Assembly (NCBI GenBank): GCA_018664825.1 | Contig: JABJNO010000017.1 | Location: 163,011-227,010, forward strand | Origin: Candidatus Parcubacteria bacterium | GTDB lineage: Bacteria; Patescibacteriota; Patescibacteriia; UBA1558; GWA2-36-10 | DNA length: 64,000 nt | Direction: 5' to 3' | In this document: one piece after another, positions 39,537 through 49,305 of the stretch | Position numbering within the stretch: position 1 is the stretch's first letter | Layout of the letters: the number at the start of each line of letters is the position of its first letter | The notes under the pieces: model-generated | Told to the model about the DNA's origin: nothing | The model's database searches: none | What the model saw: only the letters and a program-made list of their open reading frames with translations | Program-made: the position numbers and the translations under genes

Positions 39537-40397
39537 GTGAAACTTTCAGACGTATTCGAAATCGCTTCTGGCACTATCACAGGCTTTGATCATGTGATCT
39601 CAAGCAAAAACAATCAGGACGGTCTAGCTATCTATGCTGATGATGATCAGCTAATAGCCGCTGTCTGTGATGGTTGTAGTGGTAGTAAAAAAGCGGAAGT
39701 CGGCTCAAACATTGCCGCGCGGTTGATTGTAAATCTACTGCGTGACAACCATTCTCTCTATTACGAGGATGCGCGTGCCTTGGAAAGGCTAAAGGATGAT
39801 TTCCTTATTGGTCTTTGCAATGTCGCGAAAGAGTTGGACACCAACTATCGTCAAGTTTTGATTGAGTACTTCCAATTCACTACCGTAGTGATGGTGCTCA
39901 ATCGTATCCAAAATAAGCTCTGGATTTTTTCTATTGGAGATGGTGCTATTGCTGTCAACGGAGAATTCGTTGACCTTGGTCCTTTCCCTGATAATGCGCC
40001 TCCCTATGTTGTCTACAATATGTTGGACACTAGCTTGGCTCAAGACAATCCCGAACTTTTGGATTTTCGGCTCAACTATGAGCTAGAACTAGACGAACTC
40101 CAGTCAGCAATGATTGGAAGTGACGGAGTTATTGACCTTGTCAATATTTCCGAACACAAGATGCCAGGAAAACAAACCTTAGTCGGTCCTCTGTCTCAAT
40201 TTTGGGAAAACGATTTGTTTTTCCGCAATCGAGATGCCTTGAGACGCAAACTGGTCTTGACCAGTCGTGAGTCTATCAAGCTGGATCGTAGCACTACCCC
40301 CTTTGGACTCCGTAAAGAACCTGGACTTTTGCCCGATGACACAACTATGTTTATCATCCGTCGCAAAAAGCCAAGCGAGGAAGGTGAAGTAACATGA
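39537..40397 (+). CDS. PP2C-type protein phosphatase (YegK/PphC-like)
   Basis: H....NNQD, VCDGCS, IGDG, GSDG, DDTT; GTG start with AAGGAG SD. Confidence 0.85.
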   Translation: MKLSDVFEIASGTITGFDHVISSKNNQDGLAIYADDDQLIAAVCDGCSGSKKAEVGSNIAARLIVNLLRDNHSLYYEDARALERLKDDFLIGLCNVAKELDTNYRQVLIEYFQFTTVVMVLNRIQNKLWIFSIGDGAIAVNGEFVDLGPFPDNAPPYVVYNMLDTSLAQDNPELLDFRLNYELELDELQSAMIGSDGVIDLVNISEHKMPGKQTLVGPLSQFWENDLFFRNRDALRRKLVLTSRESIKLDRSTTPFGLRKEPGLLPDDTTMFIIRRKKPSEEGEVT

Positions 40398-42262
40398 ACG
40401 TCTATCTAGGCGGAAAGCTTCTTCGCCTAAATCCAACCAAGTCAATTGGTAAAGGTGGTGAAGCTGATGTCTTCAACGTTGGTCAAGGATTGGCGGCTAA
40501 AATTTTTAAAGCCCCTAATCATCCTGACTATACTGGTCAAGCACACGAACAAAAAGCAGCCCAAGCTCGTCTGCTAGAACATCAGACAAAGCTCCGAGAA
40601 TTTCCTCAAAACTTACCTCCCAGAGTAATCACACCTAGAGGCTTGATTACCAACAAACCGGGAACTAAAATTTTGGGTTATGCTATGGAGCTAAAGCTAG
40701 GTGCTGAAGTATTGCTTCGCTACGGCGAACGCAGTTTCCGACAAGGTGGAGTTGGCAATGACTTGATAGTTGATATTTTCAGTGACTTGCATGAGACTGT
40801 CCTTGGTACACACAAAGCAAACGTTGTCTTCGGTGACTTTAATGATTTGAATATTTTGGTCATCAACAACCAAGCTTTTGTAATCGATGCTGACAGCGCT
40901 CAATTTGGCAAGTATCTCTGCAAAATGTTTACCGCCAAGTTTGCTGACCCCCTACTCTGTGATCCCAAGGCAACTTCGCTTGCGCTCAAAAAACCTCACA
41001 ACTCCAACTCTGACTGGTATTCCTTTGCTATCATGTTGATGCAATCCCTGCTCTTTGTCGGTCCTTATGGCGGTGTCTATCGCCCCAAAGACAAAAGCAA
41101 ACGCATGACGCATGATGCTAGGCCGTTGCACCGAGTGACTGTGTTTGACCCAGAGGTCAAATACCCTCGGCCAGCTACACCATTTGGTGTATTACCTGAC
41201 GATCTCTTGCAAGAATTTCATCGTATTTTTGTAGAAGATAAACGCGGAATCTTTCCGTTGCAACTTCTCCAAGAATTACACTGGACTACTTGTAGTGCCT
41301 GTGGTGCCGAACATGCTCGTGGTACATGCCCCGAATGTTCTCAAGTTGCCCCAAGCGCAATCAAAGAGACTGTCATGATCCGTGGCACAGTGACATCTAC
41401 CAGGGTTTTCAAAACTGCTGGTGTGATTATCTATGCTGCTGTTCAAAATGCTAAGCTCCATTGGCTCTGCCATGAAAACGGTGCTTACTTCAGAGAAGGA
41501 AATCGTAAGGTTATTCCTGGAAATCTCGATCCCCAGATGCGTTTCCGCATTCAGGGAAAAAATACGTTGATAAGCAAGACCGGACAATTGATAAAGATGC
41601 TCCCCGATGGGTCAACGTCCAAAGAACGAGTTGATAGCTTTGGCATCCTGCCAATCTTTGACTCAAATTCTAGTCACTCATACTGGCTCCAAGGCGGACA
41701 ATTGATGCGAGACGGACAATTTGGTCCCAAACGCATTGGTGATGTTTTGGAAGGACAGACGCTCTTCTGGACTGGAGATGAATTTGGCTTTGGTTTTTAC
41801 CGAGCTGGAAATCTCTGTGTAGCCTTTAGCTTTGATGCAAAAAAACCAGGTATCAATGACTCGATCAAATTACCTCCTATCAGAGGTCAGATGATTGATT
41901 CTACCTGTACATTTTCCAAAGAACGAGCTTGGTTTTTGATTGCTACCCGCCAAGGCGGAAAAACAATCAACCAATGTATCATCATCAACCGCAACGGAAC
42001 TATCGAAGCCGAAGCTGAAGCCGAAGAAGGCGACGGTAGCTGGCTCTCTAGCATCCGAGGCAAATGTGCAGCCGGCAAATTTTTGCTGGTCGCTACCGAT
42101 GATGGCATTGTCCGAGTGGAAGAAAATGGCGGCCAACTGTCGGTCACCAAAAAATTCCCTGACACTGAGCCCTTTGTACATTCTGGCTGCAAGCTATTTT
42201 CTAGCCAGGATGGTCTATGTGTTATCGATCAAAAAGAAATCCGCATCCTGAAAATAAAGTAA
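40394..42262 (+). CDS. Ser/Thr kinase (YegI/TerY-P type) with zinc ribbon and C-terminal beta-rich domain
   Basis: IGKGGEADV, AAKIF, VFGDFNDLNILV, IDADS, CSAC..CPEC. Confidence 0.85.
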   Translation: MNVYLGGKLLRLNPTKSIGKGGEADVFNVGQGLAAKIFKAPNHPDYTGQAHEQKAAQARLLEHQTKLREFPQNLPPRVITPRGLITNKPGTKILGYAMELKLGAEVLLRYGERSFRQGGVGNDLIVDIFSDLHETVLGTHKANVVFGDFNDLNILVINNQAFVIDADSAQFGKYLCKMFTAKFADPLLCDPKATSLALKKPHNSNSDWYSFAIMLMQSLLFVGPYGGVYRPKDKSKRMTHDARPLHRVTVFDPEVKYPRPATPFGVLPDDLLQEFHRIFVEDKRGIFPLQLLQELHWTTCSACGAEHARGTCPECSQVAPSAIKETVMIRGTVTSTRVFKTAGVIIYAAVQNAKLHWLCHENGAYFREGNRKVIPGNLDPQMRFRIQGKNTLISKTGQLIKMLPDGSTSKERVDSFGILPIFDSNSSHSYWLQGGQLMRDGQFGPKRIGDVLEGQTLFWTGDEFGFGFYRAGNLCVAFSFDAKKPGINDSIKLPPIRGQMIDSTCTFSKERAWFLIATRQGGKTINQCIIINRNGTIEAEAEAEEGDGSWLSSIRGKCAAGKFLLVATDDGIVRVEENGGQLSVTKKFPDTEPFVHSGCKLFSSQDGLCVIDQKEIRILKIK

Positions 42263-42335
42263 TCAAAAGGAGGCCTTTTCCGTTAAGACTTTGTCTTTCA
42301 CCGTCAAACCTTTTCACTTTTCCGGAGGAAAAATC

Positions 42336-43373
42336 ATGAATAAGATTCTACCCATTCCCCCTCATTTCAATCCGTCCCAGGCTAGCGAAGCCTATCGCAA
42401 TCCCTACCAAGAGCTGTTTGTAGCCGCTCAAAAGTGGGCTCGTGATCACGGATTGACCTCAGCTGGCGCTGACAAAAAGAGGGTCTGTTTGATGCCGATC
42501 GATACCCAAAACACCTTTTGCCTGCCCGACTTCGAGCTCTTTGTAGCTGGTGCGAGTGGCAATGGTGCTGTCGATGACAATATCCGTCTGTGTGAGTTTA
42601 TCTATCGCAACCTCGGTACTATTACCGAGATCTGTCCGACTATGGACACGCACAAGCTCATGCAAATCTTTCACCAGATGTTTTGGGTGAATGAAAACGG
42701 AGAACATCCCGAACCGATGACTATCATCAGTTTGGATGATGTCAAGACTGGTGTCTGGAAGGTCAATCCCAAGATCGCCGTAAGTGTTGCCAATGGCAAC
42801 TACGCTGGTCTCCAACGTCATGCTTTGCACTACGTCACTGAGCTTACCAATGCTGGCAAGTATCCACTCATCATCTGGCCCTTCCACGCCATGCTGGGTG
42901 GAATCGGTCATGCTTTGGCGAGTGTGATAGAAGCAGCTTGCTTCTTCCACGCTACCGCTCGCGGTATGGATACTGGCTTCGAGATCAAGGGAGGCAATCC
43001 GCTTTCTGAGAACTACTCTGTTCTTCGTCCGGAAGTACTCACCACTGATGGTGGCAATCCTATCGGACAAAAGAATACGACTTTCATCGAAAAGCTGTTG
43101 TCGTCCGACGTGCTGATCATTGCAGGACAAGCCAAAAGCCATTGTCTGGCCTGGACTATTCAGGATCTCTTGGATGAGATTTTGGCCCAGGATCCCAGTC
43201 TGGCGAAAAAGGTTTACATCCTGTTGGACTGCACTTCTCCTGTCGTCATTCCTGGTGTGATTGATTTCACTCCTCAGGCCGACGAAGCCTTCCAGCGCTT
43301 TGCTGATGCTGGTATGCATATCGTCAACTCGACCGACCCGATCACTGATTGGCCCGACATCGACTTGGGCTAA
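42336..43373 (+). CDS. Isochorismatase-superfamily cysteine hydrolase (nicotinamidase PncA-like)
   Basis: IDTQNTFC, MDTH, WPFHAM, KG.NP..ENYS, AGQAKSHC. Confidence 0.8.
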   Translation: MNKILPIPPHFNPSQASEAYRNPYQELFVAAQKWARDHGLTSAGADKKRVCLMPIDTQNTFCLPDFELFVAGASGNGAVDDNIRLCEFIYRNLGTITEICPTMDTHKLMQIFHQMFWVNENGEHPEPMTIISLDDVKTGVWKVNPKIAVSVANGNYAGLQRHALHYVTELTNAGKYPLIIWPFHAMLGGIGHALASVIEAACFFHATARGMDTGFEIKGGNPLSENYSVLRPEVLTTDGGNPIGQKNTTFIEKLLSSDVLIIAGQAKSHCLAWTIQDLLDEILAQDPSLAKKVYILLDCTSPVVIPGVIDFTPQADEAFQRFADAGMHIVNSTDPITDWPDIDLG

Positions 43374-43438
43374 GTGTTTCATTTTCTTTATTGATCAATC
43401 GATCAATATAAACTTTTCTTAAAACAAGGAGGAGCAAA

Positions 43439-44227
43439 ATGAGCTCACCCAACGTTAGTGATCTTTTCCAGACTGCTGCTGAAGAAGGCGAATTGTCTGC
43501 TGGTACCATGCAAGTTTTGCAGGTAGCCGACATTGGCGCCAAAATTCAGGGAGCCCTGGGAATTGGTGTCGATCAGTTTGAATCCAGCGAAACTACGCTA
43601 GTCACTCTGATGCCGGACGATTCTGGTAGCATCCGTTTTGCAAACAACACTCAGTTGATGCGAGATGGTCACAACTTGGTACTCGACTCTTTGTCGGACA
43701 CCAAGCAAGCCGACAACATCCTGGCTATGACCCGTTATCTCAATGGAGAAGTTCTCTTTCCTTACGGTCCACTGGCATCTGCCGTCCGTATGGATCAGGG
43801 CAACTACAATCCCAATCAGGGTACTCCGCTCTATGATGAGTCGGTAGTCTTGCTCGGCGCTGTCCTGGCCAAAGCTCAGGAATTTGCCGATGCTGGAATC
43901 ATGGCTCGGACAATCACCCTACTCATCTCCGACGGAGCTGATCAGCATTCTCGACACCACGGTGCGGCTGACGTCGCAAAATTGGTTGCCGACATGCTGA
44001 GTCAAGAACGCCATATCATCGCTGCCATGGGTATCGATGATGGTCACGGTACTGATTTCCACCAGATTTTTGCTGCTATGGGTATTCCCGCCGAGTGGAT
44101 TCTCACTCCGGGTACCGATGCTAGTGAAATCCGAGCGGCTTTCAATACTTTCTCCAAGTCGGCTGTTCGTGCTAGCCAAGGTGCTGGTAGTTTTTCCCAG
44201 ACTGCAATGGGAGGCTTCGGCGCTTAA
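43439..44227 (+). CDS. vWA-domain protein (TerY/YegL-like)
   Basis: MIDAS DDSGS, GTPLYD, LISDG. Confidence 0.85.
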   Translation: MSSPNVSDLFQTAAEEGELSAGTMQVLQVADIGAKIQGALGIGVDQFESSETTLVTLMPDDSGSIRFANNTQLMRDGHNLVLDSLSDTKQADNILAMTRYLNGEVLFPYGPLASAVRMDQGNYNPNQGTPLYDESVVLLGAVLAKAQEFADAGIMARTITLLISDGADQHSRHHGAADVAKLVADMLSQERHIIAAMGIDDGHGTDFHQIFAAMGIPAEWILTPGTDASEIRAAFNTFSKSAVRASQGAGSFSQTAMGGFGA

Positions 44228-44398
44228 CCAAAACCAACAACGGTGGAGTGTGTACCAAAAGGTGCACACTCCACTACTCTATTTTTAGAAAAGTGTTACC
44301 AAATACTTTGGTGATAATTTTCTTACCTTAAATATTTTGAGGTAATGTGTTCGTTTACAAATGTTCAACAATCAACCACCACTCAAAAGGAGAAAAAG

Positions 44399-44995
44399 AT
44401 GTTTGATCATGGAATGCCCAGTAAAATAGTTTGGAATGGTTTCTACAAAGTAGAGCTAATCGAAATCCCTGGAGCTCCTCATCCCCTCGAAATCATCCAT
44501 GCTACTGACTCTGTCAGCGTCCTATTTTACAACCTTGCCGAGCGTTATGCCCTGCTGGTCCGCCAGCCCCGTATCGCTATGGCAACTGATAAAAATCCCG
44601 AAGGCATGATCACCGAAACAGTTGCTGGTCGCTTTGACCTCAAAATCGGTGCTCGTGGCCTGATCGTCAAGGAAGCTCTCGAAGAAGCTGGTGTCGAAAT
44701 CACCGAAGGCCAAATCGAAATGCTCAACAACGGTCAGCCTATGGCTCTCACCGCTGGATGTAGCACTGAAAAAGCCTATCTGGCTATCTGTGAAATCAAT
44801 GCAACTATGATCGAGGCTCAGGAAAGAGTCTTTGGCGTCAAAGACGAAGGCGAAGAGATCGAAAGAATCTTTATCCCCTTTGCTGATCTGGAAGAATACG
44901 TCTGTGAAGACCTGCGTGTCTTTACTCTCATCCAGTACCTACTCAGCAAGCTGACGACCAAGGCTATCACCAGGCTCATCGACGATGTCGTATAA
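44399..44995 (+). CDS. NUDIX hydrolase, NudF/NudK-like (putative ADP-ribose pyrophosphatase)
   Basis: LLVRQPR, ETVAGRFD..KEALEEAG, G..DEGEEI. Confidence 0.8.
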   Translation: MFDHGMPSKIVWNGFYKVELIEIPGAPHPLEIIHATDSVSVLFYNLAERYALLVRQPRIAMATDKNPEGMITETVAGRFDLKIGARGLIVKEALEEAGVEITEGQIEMLNNGQPMALTAGCSTEKAYLAICEINATMIEAQERVFGVKDEGEEIERIFIPFADLEEYVCEDLRVFTLIQYLLSKLTTKAITRLIDDVV

Positions 44996-45029
44996 ACTTT
45001 CCAAACCCCTTAACACAAGGAGAATTCAC

Positions 45030-46280
45030 ATGGACAGACCAATCATCAAATCCCTGATGGACTTGGATTTTTACAAGCTCACCATGGGACAGTTGATATT
45101 TCTCATGTACGCTCACATTCCAGTGACTTTCAGTTTTATCAATCGTAGCATTGACGTGCAACTTCCAAAGCATATCAATGTCGATGAACTGCGCGAACAA
45201 CTGGAGCATGCTCGTACTCTGCGTATCAACCCCGATGAACTTGGCTGGCTGGTCAGTAGCACAAGTATTTCTGGAAAACGAATCTTACAAGATCCGTATC
45301 TGAAATTCCTGTCTACTCTGCGCTTGCCAGAGTTCAACCTCGAAGTTGATGATGATAGAAGATTGCACCTGCAATTTTATGGCCCCTGGTCAACAGTCGT
45401 TTACTGGGAGACCATTGCCCTCTCAATCATCAATGAGATGTGGTGTCAGAGCCAGATGAAGGATATGAGTCGCTTCGAACGCGACTTGATTTTGACCGAA
45501 GGCAAGATGCGTCTAGGAAAAAAGATAGCACTTCTCAATCAACCTCAATGTGAAGGCCTGACTTTTTCTGACTTCGGTACCCGTCGTCGTTTTTCTGGCG
45601 ATTGGCAGTCGTATGTAGTTGACGCTATGGCCAATGAGCTGACCCAAGCAAAATTCAGGGGAACTTCAAATGTTCGCCTGGCTATGGATCACCATCTCCG
45701 ACCAATCGGTACTTCGGCTCACGAATTACCGATGATCATGAGCGGTATTATGCACAAAAACGATGACTCTATCCGAGCTTCCAACCAGCAGGTTTTGACC
45801 GACTGGTGGAATCTTTACGGACATGAGCTGTCTATTTTCTTGCCTGATACCTATGGTACCAAGTTTTTCTTTGACAACCTGACTCATGAACAGGTAGTCA
45901 ATTGGAGAGGCTTCCGCCATGACAGTGGTGATGCTATCGAGTTTGGCGAAAAGGTCATTTCCTTTTATCAGTCTCATGACGTCGATCCTCGTGAAAAGAT
46001 AGTTGTTTTCAGTGATGGACTTGATATTGAAAAAATTATCAAGTTCTATGGTCATTTCAAGGGTCGCATCGACACCGATAATGGTTGGGGTACTACTCTG
46101 ACCAATGACATGGGATTACGTACCTTGTCTCTGGTAGTCAAAGCTACCGAGGCCTGTGGTCATGGCTTGGTCAAATTGTCTGACAATCTGGCCAAAGCTA
46201 CTGGTAACCCCACTGATGTTGAACGCTTCAAAAAGATCTTTGGTCACACCGTGACCACTCGTACTGAGTGTAAGGTCTAA
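45030..46280 (+). CDS. pncB: Nicotinate phosphoribosyltransferase
   Basis: SLMDLDFYKLTM, DFGTRRRFS, GTSAHE, RHDSGD, FSDGL, VKLSDN. Confidence 0.93.
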   Translation: MDRPIIKSLMDLDFYKLTMGQLIFLMYAHIPVTFSFINRSIDVQLPKHINVDELREQLEHARTLRINPDELGWLVSSTSISGKRILQDPYLKFLSTLRLPEFNLEVDDDRRLHLQFYGPWSTVVYWETIALSIINEMWCQSQMKDMSRFERDLILTEGKMRLGKKIALLNQPQCEGLTFSDFGTRRRFSGDWQSYVVDAMANELTQAKFRGTSNVRLAMDHHLRPIGTSAHELPMIMSGIMHKNDDSIRASNQQVLTDWWNLYGHELSIFLPDTYGTKFFFDNLTHEQVVNWRGFRHDSGDAIEFGEKVISFYQSHDVDPREKIVVFSDGLDIEKIIKFYGHFKGRIDTDNGWGTTLTNDMGLRTLSLVVKATEACGHGLVKLSDNLAKATGNPTDVERFKKIFGHTVTTRTECKV

Positions 46281-46401
46281 CACCTGTGGTGGGTAGAACA
46301 AAACTCTACCCACCACTCTTTTCTCAAGTCACCAAAACTTTGGTGATTTAAAAAAGGAAAATGTTCATTTACAATCAAGGTTTAAAACAAAGGAGAAGGC
46401 G

Positions 46402-47373
46402 ATGATTAAGTACCTACTTGCCTATCGTGAGATGGGTGAACTAGCCAAAGCTCTTGGCGAGTCAATGGCAACTCAAGACTCTACAACCCTAGTACCCAAA
46501 CACATCGAATGGAATAGGTTTGAAAACAACTACCCCAACCTCTTTATACCCAAGGTAGAAGAGATCGATGGCAGTGATGTAGTTTTTCTGGCCAATTTGG
46601 AAAAACCGGAAACTATTTTTGAACAACTAGCCATCATCCATGCTCTGCCTCGTTATGGTGTCCGCTCCCTGACTATCGTCCTACCATATTTCCCTACAGG
46701 AACTATGGAAAGAGTCGACAACGAAGGTCAGGTTGCTACTGCCATGACTCTGGCTCGGCTACTTTCAGCTACACCCTTGACTATGAATGGTCCTGCTCGG
46801 ATTGTCATCTTTGACATCCATGCCTTACCTGAACGCTTTTATTTTGGTGACGCAGTGATACCTCAATTGGTATCGGCTATCCCTTTGCTAAAAAGCCGAC
46901 TGGTAAAATTTGCCGAGGAAACCGATGATCCTCTTGCTATCTGTTTTCCGGACGAAGGCGCCAGAAAAAGATTTGGCAACATGTTCCCTGGTTACCCGCA
47001 GATTATTTGTGACAAAATTCGCGATGGCAATTCTAGAAATGTAGTCATAAAAGAAGGCGATCCTCGTGGTTACCACGTAGTGATTGTCGATGATCTGGTA
47101 ATTAGTGGTGGCACTACCAATGAGTGCAAAAAAGTACTCTTTGCCAATGGAGCCGCTGCTGTAAGTGCTTATGTCACTCATCCTGCATTTCCTCAAAAAA
47201 GTTGGAAACGCTTCATCGAGCGTGATCCTGAAGGATTGAATTTCTCAAACTTCTGGATTACAGACTCTTGTCCAAATACGGTCAGTGAGATCTTTTCTTA
47301 CAACAAGCATCAGGGCCATGGTCCTTTTGAAGTTTTGTCTCTGGTAGACCCTCTACTGGAAATGCTTAGTTGA
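46402..47373 (+). CDS. prs: Ribose-phosphate pyrophosphokinase, class II (plant PRS3/4-like)
   Basis: PYFPTGTMERV..EGQVATA, DIHAL.ERFYF, FPDEGA, IVDDLVISGGT, YVTH. Confidence 0.88.
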   Translation: MIKYLLAYREMGELAKALGESMATQDSTTLVPKHIEWNRFENNYPNLFIPKVEEIDGSDVVFLANLEKPETIFEQLAIIHALPRYGVRSLTIVLPYFPTGTMERVDNEGQVATAMTLARLLSATPLTMNGPARIVIFDIHALPERFYFGDAVIPQLVSAIPLLKSRLVKFAEETDDPLAICFPDEGARKRFGNMFPGYPQIICDKIRDGNSRNVVIKEGDPRGYHVVIVDDLVISGGTTNECKKVLFANGAAAVSAYVTHPAFPQKSWKRFIERDPEGLNFSNFWITDSCPNTVSEIFSYNKHQGHGPFEVLSLVDPLLEMLS

Positions 47374-47433
47374 TTTGATCTCATCAAACCATCTCTTGTC
47401 TAAAACAAGAATACTCAAACGAGGAGATAAACA

Positions 47434-48396
47434 ATGAAAAAACCTGGAATCTTGGAAAAAGATCAGTGCGAGGCTATTATTGGCCTAGCAGCAAGCTCAC
47501 TCTATGAATACTGTGAACATCATGGTATTCACTATGTAGTCACTGGATCTTCCGGTGGTTTGGATAGTGCTGTCACTCTAGCCTTGGCTCAACGAGCCTG
47601 CAAGATGGCCGCTGAGAATGACTTTGATCTCACCTCTGTGGGTTTGATCATGCCTTGTCATTCTGACGAGTCTGCCGAACGCCTCGGCAAGATGGTCATC
47701 GAAAAATTTGGTGCCGAACAGATCACTATTGATCTAACATCAAACTTTGACTATGCCACCAATCTAATTGATGGCACCAATAGCCAAATCACGCATATTC
47801 TCAGAACTACCGGCGGTGTTGATGCTATTGATCAGCTAGATTGGTCCAAGAATATTGCCCAAGGCAATATCAAAGCTCGTATGCGAATGATGTTTGGTAC
47901 TTACCACGTCGCTCGCATGATGAATGGGATGGTCCTATCTACTGACAACCTGTCTGAGTTTTGGATGGCCTTTTGGACTATCTGTGGTGATGTCGGCGAC
48001 TACGGCATGATCCAGAGCCTCCTCAAAGGTCTCGAACTTTACGACTTGGCTGATTGCCTGGGTGTACCCAAGGAAATCATCAACTCCAAACCCGATGATG
48101 GATTAAACGTCGGTAACGGTGATGAAGATCAACTGGGTGCTTCTTATCCAGTACTCGATCTAGTAATGATCGAGCTTATCCATCAGGGATTTGATCCCGA
48201 TGGCAGCCTCGACCAACTCATGACCCTACCTTCTGTCGAAGGTGTTGACCAAGACGTGGTCGTGAAATTGGCCAAACGTTGTTTGCGAGGTAGCTTCAAA
48301 CGACATGGTCCAATCGTACTTTCACGTGCTGAGCTTGGCTTAGCTGCAATTAAAAACCTTGACCTTGATATGATTCAAAATCATTTCAGGGACTAA
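47434..48396 (+). CDS. nadE: NH3-dependent NAD+ synthetase
   Basis: SGGLDSAV, GNIKARMRM, TDNLSE, T..GD, PDDGL, DEDQLG. Confidence 0.92.
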   Translation: MKKPGILEKDQCEAIIGLAASSLYEYCEHHGIHYVVTGSSGGLDSAVTLALAQRACKMAAENDFDLTSVGLIMPCHSDESAERLGKMVIEKFGAEQITIDLTSNFDYATNLIDGTNSQITHILRTTGGVDAIDQLDWSKNIAQGNIKARMRMMFGTYHVARMMNGMVLSTDNLSEFWMAFWTICGDVGDYGMIQSLLKGLELYDLADCLGVPKEIINSKPDDGLNVGNGDEDQLGASYPVLDLVMIELIHQGFDPDGSLDQLMTLPSVEGVDQDVVVKLAKRCLRGSFKRHGPIVLSRAELGLAAIKNLDLDMIQNHFRD

Positions 48397-48400
48397 CACA

Positions 48401-48441
48401 AAACCCCCGTCGATTTTTTCGACGGGGGTCTTTATTTTATA
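48401..48441 (+). terminator. Terminator; identical 41-bp copy at 49334-49374
   Basis: aaacccccgtcgattttttcgacgggggtctttattttata. Confidence 0.85.
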
Positions 48442-48555
48442 TAAAAGATAAATTTTACTAATTCTTGACATTTTCTGTATTTTATGCTATAATAATAAAT
48501 TAGTAAAAATCACTAGTTTTACCGACGGTTCATTAACACAAAAAAGGAGAAAACA

Positions 48556-49305
48556 ATGAAATTTTCAAAAACCAGTCTGCGCACCCTTCTGGTTGTATTT
48601 GTTGCAATCATTGCAGCGCTCACCCTTAACAATCTCACAAACAATCTGATCACCGATTATTCATCAGATGAATTCGCATCTGATGACAACTACAACAACA
48701 CCTCCGAGCTGTACTCTGATGAAGTGCCTGCTGAATCAAGTAAAAACACCAACAACTCATTCCCCATTCCCCCGACCCCCATCATCATTTTATTGAGTAT
48801 GTCACTTGTTACAATCGTTGGCATGATATTTGTTTGGACTAGAAATTTCATTAGGGTTCCGCCTGATTGCGTGATGGTAATCTTTGGATCCAAATCCAAG
48901 GGTGGTAAACCATATCGCGTTGTCAAGGGTGGTGGCGGTGCATTTGTTGCGCCGGTAATCCATTCCTACAAGTTGATCTACATGGGATCACAGAAGCTTG
49001 AGATCGACTTCAATGCCCTGTCTGCAGATTCTGAAAATCTCACAATCTTCTTGACTGCTCATTGCTCGCCCCTTACTTCTACCGAGGGCTTTGAGTCCTA
49101 CCTTGAACGTGGCATATACGAAAACTCCTCAATAGTGGAACAAACTATTGAGTCGTGCCTTAGGAGGCATATCGGTGAGTTCGAAGCCACAGATCTCAAG
49201 TCCAGTCCCCAAAAAACGTTATCAGAAGTCATTGATCTTATACGACCCGACCTAGAAGAGTTGGGCATGATGATCAATACCCTGATAATCACTGAAGTGA
49301 TGTAA
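48556..49305 (+). CDS. SPFH/flotillin-like membrane protein
   Basis: RVPPDCVMVIFG..VVKGGGGAFVAPV, LRRHIG, DLEELGMMINTL. Confidence 0.8.
   Translation: MKFSKTSLRTLLVVFVAIIAALTLNNLTNNLITDYSSDEFASDDNYNNTSELYSDEVPAESSKNTNNSFPIPPTPIIILLSMSLVTIVGMIFVWTRNFIRVPPDCVMVIFGSKSKGGKPYRVVKGGGGAFVAPVIHSYKLIYMGSQKLEIDFNALSADSENLTIFLTAHCSPLTSTEGFESYLERGIYENSSIVEQTIESCLRRHIGEFEATDLKSSPQKTLSEVIDLIRPDLEELGMMINTLIITEVM

Noticed and set aside
42459-43382. 307-aa antisense ORF opposite the isochorismatase-like gene
   Set aside because: Shadow ORF from codon bias on the sense strand; no SD or motifs, while the sense gene has clear catalytic motifs.
39537-48396. Prophage or integrative element explanation for the GC-richer block
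   Set aside because: No integrase, transposase, att-like tRNA duplication or phage structural genes in or next to it.
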